A DNA stretch of 64,000 bases from the human T2T-CHM13v2.0 reference genome, Homo sapiens: assembly GCF_009914755.1 (NCBI RefSeq), contig NC_060936.1, one strand, 5' to 3'. Of this stretch, positions 1 through 12,840 are shown piece after piece (positions within the stretch are counted from its first letter, which is position 1; each line of letters starts with the position of its first letter). Both the position numbers and the translations under genes were made by a program. The notes under the pieces were generated by a model that saw only the letters and a list, made by a program, of their open reading frames with translations, searched no databases and was not told where the DNA came from.

Positions 1-322
1 CTTGGTTATATTTTTAATTTAATGTAAAGATTTAAACCTTAGGGCTATCCCATCCCTAATTACTCTTTAAAAGATCTCTTTTTAATTTGATTACAAAGAA
101 ACTTGAAATAATTATACCATAACTATTATAAACAGGACTTCTACTAATAGTCTTGCTTTTTGCTTTTCATTGCCCTTGTCTGATTTCTGATGCTTGCATC
201 TAAATTCTAGTAGATTTGTTTCATTCATAAAACCTGATTATTGATTTAAAGAGCTAATATGCTCTCTGAATGTTCCTTTTCAGTCATGATCTGCTATTTT
301 TAAATGAATTTGTAACTTGTAG

Positions 323-437
323 GATGAACTGGCATCTTTAAAAGAACAACTAGAAGAAAAGGAATCTGAAGTAAAAAGGCTACAAGAAAAATTGGTTTGC
401 AAGATGAAAGGAGAAGGGGTTGAAATTGTTGATAGAG
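323..437 (+). CDS. PPFIBP1: Liprin-beta1 coding exon (coiled coil; DELASLKEQLEEKESEVKRLQEKLVCKMKGEGVEIVDR); gene begins upstream of the window
   Basis: tgtag acceptor, AG|gtaag donor; 115 nt, phase 0 to 1; heptad-rich peptide continuing in frame into the following exons. Confidence 0.93.
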
Positions 438-1513
438 GTAAGAAGATATATTTCACATTTATCATCTCATTTTGTTAAAGTCCTCCAAAATCTGTAAAGG
501 AAACCAATGAAAATCAATGTGTAGTTTTAGCATCAAAGAAAGAGCAGCAGAATCCAGCCAGGACCAGAACCACAGGGGATTCTCCAAGACTCTTTACTGT
601 GACTGGGAATCCATTAATTTCCTCTTCAGCAGCTGGAAAAGGGGAATTCTGTACTTTATTTGGTGTTTAAGATCGCTAGACTGTAAATTCTCATCACAAG
701 GATGGACTTGTCTCAATTGCGATGCAAGGGAATTTGTGCCAAAGGAGTTAAAAAGAACCATCCCTGTGTCCCGGGATCGTTGCCCTCAGAACTGAAATTA
801 GATAAAGCAAGGGACTTAGAAACTGTTCTGCCCTTTTGAGAGAAGAGAAAAATGGTTCTGTATCTTTGGAAAAATTAGTAAAAAATTTATACCAGGGATT
901 GAGCCCTCCACCTTTTAGAAAAATAGGCTAATTCTGTTTTTGGAAAAAATGCATGAATTTGTCCAAACTTTTTTCATAACAGCAGAGGTTTGTTCTGAGT
1001 ATTATATGGACCATAATTTCTAACAAAGCAGATTGTGCATGATAGAAAATAGCCCGAATGAAATACATTTTTAAAATTATATTTGGAAATATAATGTGCA
1101 TAATATCTGACAACACTAGGTTAAATTTAACCTTTCTTTGTTATTACGAACGATGACTGTGGCCCTACGAGATACCAAAGCAATTTCTGAGTCATTCAAA
1201 ACAGTACAAATTCCAGTTAGCGTAGCTTTGTTACATTTTTATCCATTTTATGAACATTAGTAACATTGTCTGTCCAATGAGGGACTTGAGTTAGATTATC
1301 TCTAAAGTCCTTCTTGGCTCTAGAATACCATGGCCTTATACCCCTGCAGGTATCACAATTCCCTGTCCGTCAGAAAATTCATCAAGCCTGAGGAAAATGG
1401 ATTCTCACCACCAACCGCTTCACCGCCCCACCCCATCACCTACTGTTTGGCATATATATAATTGTGTATTGATAAGGGACATTCAGAAACAGGTCATACT
1501 GATCATGCTTTCA

Positions 1514-1687
<174 letters not shown>

Positions 1688-2520
1688 TCAAATTTCACCA
1701 GGGACGGTGGCTCACTCCTGTAATCCCACCTACTTGGGAGGCTGAGGAGGGAGGATCACTTAAGGCCCAGGAGTTCGAGGCTGTAGTGAGCTATGACTGT
1801 GTCACTGCACTTCAGCCTGGGCAATGGAGCAAGATCCTGTCTCTGAAAAAAAAAAAAAAAAAGAATAAAATGGCATCACAGGACTTGTGGGCTAGAAGAT
1901 ATTAGAGTATGCTCCCCAAAGTCTGATCTGAGGACTCGAACCAACCTGGGAACTGCGTGTTACCAGTGCCCACCAGCTAACTACGGGGATTGAGAGCAAG
2001 TCTTTAGAAAGCTCATGTCAGGGTGATATTGGGATAGCATCTAACTGCATCCTCACTGGACTCATCTTACTGGACAGGAGATAGACCCTTTCAGTGTTGT
2101 TGAACTTGAGTGGTGAGTTGCATGTGACACAAGCAGTGTTCTAGTCACATTCAGGAGGACCAGGTATCAAACCGTGATGGAAATATAAAAACAAAGTGAC
2201 ACTAACTAGGTTTTCATCATTTATGGTATAAGAAGTGCTTGTAGTCCATAAACCTAATTTTAATGTGAGAAAATCAAGGTCCAGAAAAATGAAGTGACAG
2301 AGGTAGTAACTCAAATTTAGGTCTTCTGTTCTCTTTCTAACCTCACATAGAGCATTATTGTACTACCAATCCTGCAGTCACAAAATAGTGCTGAAAAAGT
2401 TTTTATGAGGTTAGATTTCCTTTATTTTAGGTAAAAAGAGACTAAATAGTAGTGATTTAAAAATATTACTTATTGTTGTAATGTATGCTAACTTCCAATC
2501 CAATGGGTTTTCCTGCACAG

Positions 2521-2553
2521 ATGAAAATTTTAAAAAGAAGCTCAAAGAAAAAA
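2521..2553 (+). CDS. PPFIBP1: 33-nt symmetric cassette exon (DENFKKKLKEK)
   Basis: Branch-like ctaac and tttcctgcacag acceptor, gtaagg donor; phase 1-1; keeps frame. Confidence 0.85.
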
Positions 2554-3735
2554 GTAAGGTTTGGTGCATTTCCATCAGCCTTTACATTCACCAAAAATAC
2601 TACCTTGGACTGTTCTTTGCATGTGTTTTAAAACATTTCTCTCACCAAAGATGTAAAGTTGCTTCATCAATAAGCCCTCCATTTCTTCAGAGTGTACACA
2701 ATAGAGGGTGGATAATAAAACAATAAGGTAAAAGATTATTTTGAAGATTTTGTCTGATTCAACCTTTCCGCTCTACAGTGTATAACCGGGCACACAGCAT
2801 TGTGGATGTAAGAAAACATTTTCCCTGCAGTCTAGGTGATTCAGGGTCAGAGGAGAAAATAACTTTTATAGTACGAAAACTCACGATTTTAAAGGTTTAC
2901 CAGAGTTGAAAGATAATTTTGAAATTTGCTTTTGCTTTTCAATGTTTTGAAGTCCACTATTTGTCTGGGATCTATTAGAAGCTCCTTTGAACATATTCTG
3001 TTGTTACAACAGAGATTGAATCCAGCTGATTCATGGAGCCTGAATATTTAATGCAACATTAAGGTAAATCCTGCCAGGCATGGTGGGAGGATCACTTTTG
3101 AGGCCAGGGGTTCAAGACCAGCCTGGGCAACATAGTGAGATCCTGTCTCTACAAAAAAAAAATTTAAAATTAGCTGAGCATGGTGGTGCATGCCTGTAGT
3201 CCCAGCTACTCAGGAGGCTGAGGTGGAAGGATCACTTGAGCCCCAGGCATCTAGGAGTTTGAGGCTGCAGTGAGCTATGATCTTGCCATTGTAGAGTTTG
3301 AGGCTGCAGTGAGCTATGATCTTGCCATTGTACCACGGCCTGGGCAACACTGACACCCCATCTCTTAAAAAAAAAAAAATTAACTCCTTAGGGGCTCTTT
3401 CCCCCAGATGTTAAATTCTCAATTCCTATAGAATATATCTTAATTGAAAATGTTACACCAATGCTGAATGATGCACCACTGTTTTATAACTTATCTTAAG
3501 AAGACTGGATGTGGTGGCTCACTCCTGTAATCCCAACTCCTCAAGAGGTTGAGGTGAGAGGATCACTGGAGCCCAGGAGTTCAGAGCTACAGTAAGCTGT
3601 GATTGTGCCATGCACTCCATCTGAATGACAGAGGAAGATGCTGTCTCTAAAAAAAAGTATTATCTTCAGTAATTTTTTTTTTCTCAGAAGCAGGCAACTT
3701 TAGCTGATTTTTTTTTTCCTGTTTGAATTTTTTAG

Positions 3736-3945
<210 letters not shown>

Positions 3946-4588
3946 TAACATGCTTTTGTATTTGAATATCAAATTTTAAGGAGAATCACATTCAGCTTAC
4001 TTTGGCCTTTATGTCTTGAAATCTATCTTAAGGTAGTATTGGAAATGAAGTTTATAGATGAAGCAAAGTACTTATTATCCTTACGTATGGAACTACAACC
4101 AGCTTCTTAGCATGACTACTCATGTAAATACTACAAGCCATCAGGCACTTACCGTTCATTCATGCCTCTATCTTGGTTATAACTATCATTTTCTCTGCTT
4201 TTGTCATTATATATACCATTCATGGCTTTCACGCACTGCTTTATAGATTCCTGTTTTAGAAACGTTATGTTTTTATTACTATAGCACTGAAATTTCATCT
4301 TCAGTGTTCTCATGAAGATTCTCTTGTTGCTTTAAGAGAGGATAGCTAGTTCTCACACACCCTTGTTTTCTTTCTAGAGTGGCAACTGTTCAGGTGAGGT
4401 AGAAGATGTCCATCTTTTCAGATTTTTCCAAAAGAGAATATGGGTGTTAAATGTGCCCTTTTTAAAGAATAAATGAAAGAAATCATTAACATCTTTACCT
4501 TAAAATATTTCAGTCTGGAGAGTAAGTAACTTCTTATCACTGTCACACATGTGAACTGAACTGACTTCTGATTTGATGTTATTTTCAG

Positions 4589-4650
4589 ACATCGAAGTAC
4601 AAAAAATGAAAAAAGCTGTGGAGTCCTTGATGGCAGCAAATGAAGAAAAG
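4589..4650 (+). CDS. PPFIBP1: Coding exon (IEVQKMKKAVESLMAANEEK)
   Basis: ttttcag acceptor, AAG|gtatcc donor; 62 nt, phase 1 to 0; liprin-beta motif LMAANEEK. Confidence 0.95.
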
Positions 4651-6596
4651 GTATCCAGATGAAATTTAAATATATGTGTGGATGTTTTTTAACACCATTT
4701 TGACCATTCCATGCAATTTCATGAGCTATGCCGTTTTAAAAGAATATGCCCACAACACTGCTAGGAGTGAGGGGCAGGTGTGCACACTCCCAGGTGGGCT
4801 GTATGCACAGGAATAGGGAGGAGCTGCACTGGCTCCACTGAGAACTCCTGCCCCCATGAATTCAGAAAATGTTCAAACTCTCTGATCAGTTCCGCATATT
4901 CACGTGACATGTAAGAGAGAGGATACATTCCATAGTACCTCCTGTATGTGGGCACTGAAAATTCTGGGCTAACTTTTGGGCCCTGAAGGAGCTAGCTTGA
5001 CAGCCTCAGCTTCATGGTCATGTTGGTTTTGTCCTCCATTTACTCATTATTTCCTTTACACTCCTGGCCTGTTTCACATGTGTGATTGTCTCTGCTCTCC
5101 TGAGAGATTAAATACCAGAAAACAGCGGCACGGGCTTTACGTTAGCTACACTGGCTGCATTCCAAGGTTTCCACAGGTTTCCTCCCCCCCAGTTGGTTCT
5201 TGTTATCCACATGTGATGTTTCGTCCTGCTAAGGGCAGGGATGCAGTTACTGCACGAAAGCAATGGGTTTCTTCGTGGCTTACCTGACCACGTATCTAGC
5301 AGGCAGCCGCAGCTGTGTTCAGCTGATGTCATCAGAACTTCTCTCCCCTTATCTGCCTGAATGAATAGAACCAGAGGACATTTTCCTAAAAAGAAGAGTC
5401 ATTTCAAGGAAGTAAAAAACAACAAAAAGTCAAAGAACTTTAGCTTGATCTTTTTCTCCCATCGTAAGTTTCTTTCTCTCATTCTTGACTCTTCTGTTTT
5501 TCTTATCTCCTTGTTTATTTTTGCCTCGCATTCTCTTTATTTGCTCTTTATTGCCTGGAAGTAAACTGATTGTCATGTCTACTCATATAGGTTCCTTTTT
5601 GCTAATGTTTCCCACTATTGAATAAAAAAAAAGTAATTAGCAAGCTGCCCACTGTAACTTTTATTTTTTTTTAAATCACTGAAATTCATTTTGTTTTCAT
5701 TTCTGTCCCTCAAAAAGCCACAGCAAACAAAATTCCCAGTGTTGAATGAGGGCTTATGAGATGCTCAAACTGTTAGAGGGGCACCCAGCATAACATAACT
5801 TCCTCGTGGGGTCGGGGATTCAGAAGACTTCAAAGAGGACATAATTTGAGCAAATTCTGGGGAAGAGCAAGAGTTGTTCATCAGGAAAATAAAGGCTTCT
5901 TAGGCAAAGGGTCCATGAATCAAAACTTGTCTCGAGACCAGGTTTGAAACAGCGCAGTGCATGCTGGGATTGTGCTGGAACATGAAGTGCAGGTGGAGTA
6001 GGGGCGTGGGGCTGACCACAGAGCTAAGTCAGTGGGCAGGCTACTTCATACACCATGGTCTTGATTTAGGGTCTTAGCTTGTAAACCTTAGGCAGTGACA
6101 TGATTACATTGCCATTTTAGAAAGCTAACTCTGGTAGCAGAATGGGAGAGTGAAGACAGACAAACAGTTAAGAGTCAGTTAAAATAGGTGAGAAATGAAG
6201 AGGGCTTGAAGTAAGGCAATAGCAGTGAAGTGATAAGGTGGGAAGAGCTTTTAGAGAAATTTACGGGTTGACAAGATTTAAGATCTCTGGATTTGAAAAA
6301 CGAGAGAAAATTTCTGGTTTGGGCAATTGGGTGAATGGATGAATGGATGGTTCTCTTAAGGAGTTAAGGAAATCCAAGCACAGACTCAAGTACTGAAGGG
6401 AAAGAATGAGCTTAATTGTAGATATAGTCTATTCAATATGCTTATGGGACATTCTAAAGGAGATTTCTTACAGAAAGTTGGAACATAAATCTAAATTTTA
6501 AGATTAATGTAGAACTATAGATTAGTGGGGAGTGAGACCCATCAATTTTAGGAGAAATGCAGAGTTGTAGATTGGTGGGGACTAAGCCACAGTTGA

Positions 6597-7036
6597 TGTG
6601 TCAGTTAGCTTTTGCTTTGTGACAGGCCACATTTATTATTTCTCATACTTCTGTGAGTTGGCTAGGTGATTCTTCTGATCTCGGCTGGCTTAGCTGATGT
6701 CTACAGTCAGCTGGTGGCTTAGATGAGACTGCATGCATAATTTAGGATAGTGTCACTCACATGTCCAGTGATTGACAGCCTAGTTTAGGTTGGCCCCAGC
6801 TGGGAGGACTAGCCTCTTCTCCAGATGGTCTCCCATCCTCCAGTAGACTAGGCTGGACTTCTTCACGTAGTTCCTCAGGGTTCCTTAGAGCCACACCACA
6901 GGGCAGCCACAAAGGGCAAATGTTATTCAAGCCTTTGCTTGAATAACATTTGCTGATATCTCTTTGGCCAAAGCCAGCCACATGGCCAGGCCCAGAATGA
7001 GAATGGGAGGCGCTAGGGAGGCCATTTTCATAACAC
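6597..7036. mobile_element. MLT1-type MaLR LTR
   Basis: tgtgtcagttagcttttgct...cattttattatttctcatacttctgtgagttggct...ttggccaaagc pattern. Confidence 0.65.
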
Positions 7037-8066
7037 AGTTGAGCACATGGGAAAAGCAAAGAGGGTCATGGACAGAACCTGGAAGCTCTAGCATTTTATA
7101 GTCCAAGAAGATAATGGGGGTTATGGAAGTTCAACAGCTATCTGGTCAAAGGATTGAGAAATAAAAATCGAAGAAAAGAAAGAGTGGATGGATAAGTGAA
7201 AGGAGAAGGAAAGAGTGGGGTCAGTCAAGTGCCATATGGAGGTCAAATTAGAAAAAGGTTGGGGCCGGGCATGGTGGCTCACGCCTGTAATCCCAGCACT
7301 TCAGGAGGCCAAGGTGGACAGATTACTTGAGCCCAGGATTTCAAGACCAGCCTGGGTGACATGGTGAAACCCCATCTCTACAAAAATACAAAAATGAGCT
7401 GGGCATAGTGGTGCATGCGTGTACTCCCAGCAACTCAGGAGGCTGAAGTGGGAGGATGACTTGAGCCCAGGAGGTTGAGGCTGCAGTGAGCCAAGATTGT
7501 ACCACTACACTGCAGCCTGGGTGACAGAGCGAGACCCTGTCTCAAAAAAAAAAAAAAGAGAAAAAGGATGAAAAGTGTTCATTGTTTTTAATAGATAGGA
7601 GGTCACCTTGGTAGAGTGTTTTAAGAGGGGAGAAGCCAGATGGTGATTAATGATGGCTAATAAAGACAGAAGATGGGGGTCTTTCTTTTAAGGTTTGACT
7701 TAGAGAGGAGAGTTATTGAAGCTGACTTTTTTCTTTTTTTGTTTTGTGTCTTATTACCTTGTTTTGTTTTTGTTTGTTTAAAGATGGCAGCTAAAGGATA
7801 GGATCTCTAAATTTAGAGGTACTTTGCCCATATGTTTAATGTATGTAGGAAACATAGTCTAGTTATTACCAGTTCTCCTAAAGCTTAGAAGTATTCTTTA
7901 AATAAGGTAAATAATTCACATCTGCTTATTCTTTTTTTTAAATGCTCTCTCGGCAGAATCATGCGTATTCTTTATGTAATTACTATTCTTTATGCAATTC
8001 TTTATGGAATTACTATTACTCTTTTAAGAACATAGGATTAAAGATTACAATTTATTTTATTCCTAG

Positions 8067-8151
8067 GATCGGAAAATAGAAGATCTTCGACAGTGCCTGA
8101 ACAGGTACAAGAAAATGCAAGACACGGTGGTACTGGCCCAAGGTAAAAAAG
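8067..8151 (+). CDS. PPFIBP1: Coding exon (DRKIEDLRQCLNRYKKMQDTVVLAQ[GKK]); two in-frame donors after 8142 and 8151
   Basis: ttcctag acceptor; CAAG|gtaaaa and AAAG|gtagag donors 9 nt apart, both phase 1. Confidence 0.92.
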
Positions 8152-8782
8152 GTAGAGTGTAGCTCTAAAAGTTTTTCTACTTTGGTTGACTCTAAGTGGC
8201 TATAAACTTACACATTTGGCCTCAATTTCTTTCCTGGATCATACCCATTGTCCCAAATTAGGTAGCTAATTCGTTAATTGAACAATTAGGCAACTGCACT
8301 CTGCCAGAAAGTGTCCAGCCTGAGGAGTGAGTGTACTGTAGAGTCATTGGTCGGGGAGTGCCTCTCTAAGGAGTTGATGAGATAGCATTCCAGAGAGAGA
8401 AAAACGACAGTATATGCAGAGAGCCTAGGGGGAAAAGAATATGGCATGCTTAAGAAGAAGAACACCAGTGCAACTGCAAGGTGGTGGGCAGTGGGGAGAG
8501 GGGATGAGATGAGACCATAATGATGAGCAACCTCTGGTAGCGCAAGGGGTGGAGTTAAGCTCTTGCTCAAGTGCAGAGGGACTCACTGAAGGGTTTTAAA
8601 AGTCAGCAGTGGTCAGGCGTGGTGGCCTACGGCTGTAATCCCAGCACTTTGGGAGGCCAAGGTGGGTGGATCACCCAAGGTCAGGAGTTAGAGACCAGCC
8701 TGACCAACATGGTGATACCACGTCTCTACTAAATACAAAAAAATTAGCTGGGCATGGGGGCAGGCACCTGTAGTCCCAGCTA

Positions 8783-8884
<102 letters not shown>

Positions 8885-10869
8885 TCAGTCTCAAAAAAAA
8901 AGTCAGCAGCATGACCTTTGTAACACGTGGGCCATGGAGGGAAGTGAGCAGTATTGAGAGCCGCAGAAACCAATTCAGAGATTTGCAGTATTCCAAGTGA
9001 AAAAATCTAGTAGTTGCTGATTGGGAATATGTTATGGTTGGATTGACACAGTGGTGTAATGAGATAGAGGAGGAGAGTGAAGAAGGGGGAGGAAATCAAG
9101 AAAGACGTTTCCAACTAAAGCAACTGGGTAGATGATGGTTCCATTGACTGATATGGGGAAGCCTAGAGAAGGAACATTGGGCTGGGTAAGGGGGATTGAG
9201 TTCAGCTTTGAACATGGTGAGTTCAGAAAAACCCTGTAAGACAGGTACATAAAGAGAGTTGTGCATTTTGTTGTGTTTATTATTATTTTATCTGCAGATG
9301 GGCCAATTGGCCATCCTCAAATGTGGAGGAAATTTGAAAGTGCTCTTGTTTTTTAGCAATGCATAAATAGAGTTATTTGCTCGCAACGTAAGCACTGGAT
9401 ATAAACAATTCTTTTAGAAGGTCCCCATGAAACACTCAGATTTTGAAGTTTTAATTTTGATGAGTTCACAGAGAAGGAAAATCCTGCTTTGGATCAGGAT
9501 TTTTGAAAAAAAAAATTTTGTACACAAGGTCTGGCATAATCGATTTTATAAATATCTGAGTGAGCAAATGAACCTCTAATAATCAGTGTTGACTAGCAAT
9601 TCTCATCACTCAGCATTTTCCATGCCTTCAGAAGAAGAGTCTCTATCCTATGGAATATTGCAAATTTGTAAGTGATTAATTTTTACATATGCCTGGCATT
9701 TAAAATGTTGTTTGATTTTATAGAATTTCAACTGTCCAATTCTTACGTTTAAAACCAAGGCAGAAAAAATTAATTCCTGTAATTAGACTATATCGTAAAA
9801 CATTTGGAAAATAAAGGAGATAAAAATCACTCGTAATTGCACTGGCATGATCACTATTGGCATTTTTGTGTATTGTTTATTTCTAGCTTTTTTTCCTGTG
9901 CATACAAACGTGTAAATACAAGAGGTAGTTTTTAACAATGTACAGCAGCACAGATTTTCTTAAACCCTTGAAAACTATGTTCTGTTCCAATAAAGAGTTG
10001 TATAAACAGTGATTTCTCACTAGGAGTTATATTTAGTTAATCCTCATACAATTCTAATAACACTAAATTCTAATAGAATTAGAATAACATTCTAGTGAAA
10101 CCTAAATTAAGAAGCTGTGGTCTGATTAAGATCTTTAAACAAGTGTATGATTTACCATGTCATATTATTTGTAGATTAGCGTGTTAAGTATCATTTTTTT
10201 CTGTTTTTAAAAAAGAATATCTGGCACTGCGCTGTTCACCATTTAATCCCTTTTGATTTCTAGAGATGTAAAAAAAAATTCTCAAGTTTGCAGCTTTGGT
10301 GAATATGTGGTTGGTTTTTTCCATCAGACATTTTTTGCTTTAAAATGGCATAAAAGGATCCTCTTGAGAGATCAAAGATCATCTGTCTTTTTGTTTTTTC
10401 TGTTCTCCTATGTTTTTTCAAGAGCACAGCAGTGATGAAAACTAAGTTGTTTAAATGGGACTTTGTTGCTATTCACAATTCGTTTTTTGTACCAGGTATT
10501 CTTCAGTTTGAATATTTCTACACTAAAATTTGTAAGCCCCTGATTTTAAAACAAAGTTACAAGAGAGTTGTTGGAAAAAGTTAACTTTTAATTTTCTTTC
10601 AATCTGATGAGTCAATGTATCGAGTATGACTTTGTCTGTTAATATCACAGGTAGCCATTGTGGCCCAAGAGCCCTTGGCCTTAGTTTCAAATGCTGTTTC
10701 CTAGGTCCTATGTTGTTGTTTTTCAAGGGCTGCCAGGAGAAGCTGACTCTGATTTTTGAGGATCAGAAAAAATTTTATATTCGTTATAATTGGGATTCTT
10801 ATCTTCTTGTAAAAGTGAAATATAAATCAAAAGCTGCTGTTGTCTTCTCTTTGTTTTATCTTTTCCTAG

Positions 10870-11024
10870 GCAAAGATGGAGAATATGAAGAGCTGCTCAA
10901 TTCCAGTTCCATCTCCTCTTTGCTGGATGCACAGGGTTTCAGTGATCTGGAGAAAAGTCCATCACCCACTCCAGTAATGGGATCTCCCAGTTGTGACCCA
11001 TTTAACACAAGTGTTCCCGAAGAG
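10870..11024 (+). CDS. PPFIBP1: Coding exon (GKDGEYEELLNSSS...NTSVPEE)
   Basis: ttttcctag acceptor, GAG|gtatta donor; 155 nt; peptide visible in ORF 10626..11084. Confidence 0.95.
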
Positions 11025-11309
11025 GTATTAATAGACTTTCAGTATTTCCTTTATGTTGAAGAGACTGTGTTATTGAAAAGTTAAAACACTGCTCATAACA
11101 TGAAAAACATGGGTTCCTTTCTCAGTTCCATCACCAACTCAAGTGAGGTTATATAAATAAATTGACTTTGGCCACTTCTGATGGTGACTCTGAAAGATAA
11201 TTGAATAAAATTTTCTTCTGACTTCTTTAGACTTGGAAGAAGCAACTGGAGAGGAGTAAACAGTTATATACTCCTTACTTTGCATCAAACTGGCAGGAAA
11301 ATCTGTTTG

Positions 11310-12840
11310 CTGTCTATTGTACACCACACCGAAACTTTGTGGCTTCAATGACAGCATTTCTTTTGCTGATGACTCTGCACTTTAGCAGGGTTCAGCATGA
11401 GCATCTCGTCTCTGCTCTACTTGGCATCAGCTGGAGTGGCGTGAAGGCCTGGGCCTGAGTCATCTGAAGGCTAACTCACTCATATGTCTGGTGGTTGAGG
11501 CTGGCCTTTGGCTGGGACCTCAGCTGAGGCCCCATTTAGAACAACTACATGTGACCGCTTGGCTTCCTCACAATCCTAAGGGTGAGCATTCCAAGAGGCC
11601 CGGGCAACTTTGCATCGCCTGTTATGATTTATCTCAGAAATCACATGGCATCTCTTCTGCTGTAGCCACAGGCCTGCAGCCCACCCAGATACAAGGAGAG
11701 GAAACATAGACCCTACCTCTTGATGAACAACTGACAACATTACATTGTTAGGACACGTGGGATGGGAAATATTGGTGCAACCATATTTGGAAAATATAAT
11801 CTACCCTCTGGCTACACCGCTTTACATCCCTCTCCCATGCAAAATACACTCGCCCCCTTTCCGAAGACCCCTAAGTCCCATTCCAGTGAGGCGTCAGCAT
11901 CCCAGGATCTTGTCACCCAGACCAGGTCGAGATGTGGGTGAAGCTCCTCAGGTACAGTTCCTTGCGCATAGCTTCTTGAGGACTCTTTCATTGAATTAAA
12001 GAGCTGTGGATTTCAAGGACAGTTATCTGCCCTCCACACACCCATACGATGGTTGGATAGGCATAATGTAACTGCAGTAGCCACTCCCATTAAAAAGGGG
12101 GAGCTGGAAGGCTCACAGGTGTCACCAGTCCATAGCAATTCCAAAATCCAGCCAGGCACATGTTGCCAATCCTCTGGGCTATTGGCTCTTCCCTCTAAGT
12201 CATGCTTCCTTTGCCTATATTTGCAGATGAGTAGTTTTCTCAGTTTTGTGCCTGCAGAAGTGCCCAAAGATATCCAAATTCATCTCTTCATTTTCCATTA
12301 TCTCTGTTCCTTTGAGTCTAATTTAGTGTAATACTTTAAACATTTAGAATTTCATACGAATCATGTTATAATTCACTGCATTACAGAAGAACACATCCAC
12401 AGCTATCTTCACCATAAGCCTATCTCTAGCTAAGTTTCCCTGTAAGGCTGCAGTGGGACATCCCATTATTTTTAGAGCCTTTCATCATTTTTCAGAGGTT
12501 CAATGAGACCGCACTACTGTAATCTTCCTAAGGTATTTTTTTTTCTATTTTTATTTGATTCTAGTCTAGTCCATCCTGAGGTCTTAGCAAAGGGTTTTAC
12601 AGCCACATCCTTGGCTCACCTGAAGATCATGTTTTCCTGATAGCCCTTGTGCTTGATCTTTGCCCTGAAACCATTTCTTAATTTTAGTGTAATTTTTTTT
12701 TGTCTAGAAAGACCGGGAATGGGAAATAGTTTCATTGTTTAAACAATCTTGGCTTCCTTATTTTAGCAGTTCCTTTTTTGGTCATTTCTCTTCTCACATT
12801 TTACTATAGGTAGTGAGAAGAAACCAAGTGGCATTTTTAC
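11310..12840. mobile_element. MLT1-type MaLR LTR plus internal sequence
   Basis: LTR-like 11310-11810 followed by MaLR-internal-like sequence; boundaries approximate. Confidence 0.6.

Noticed and set aside
4761-4955. Protein-looking minus-strand ORF (PTYRRYYGMYPLSYMSREYAELIREFEHFL...)
   Set aside because: Short, non-ATG start, no recognisable family, antisense in an intron; consistent with chance unless PhyloCSF or BLAST shows otherwise
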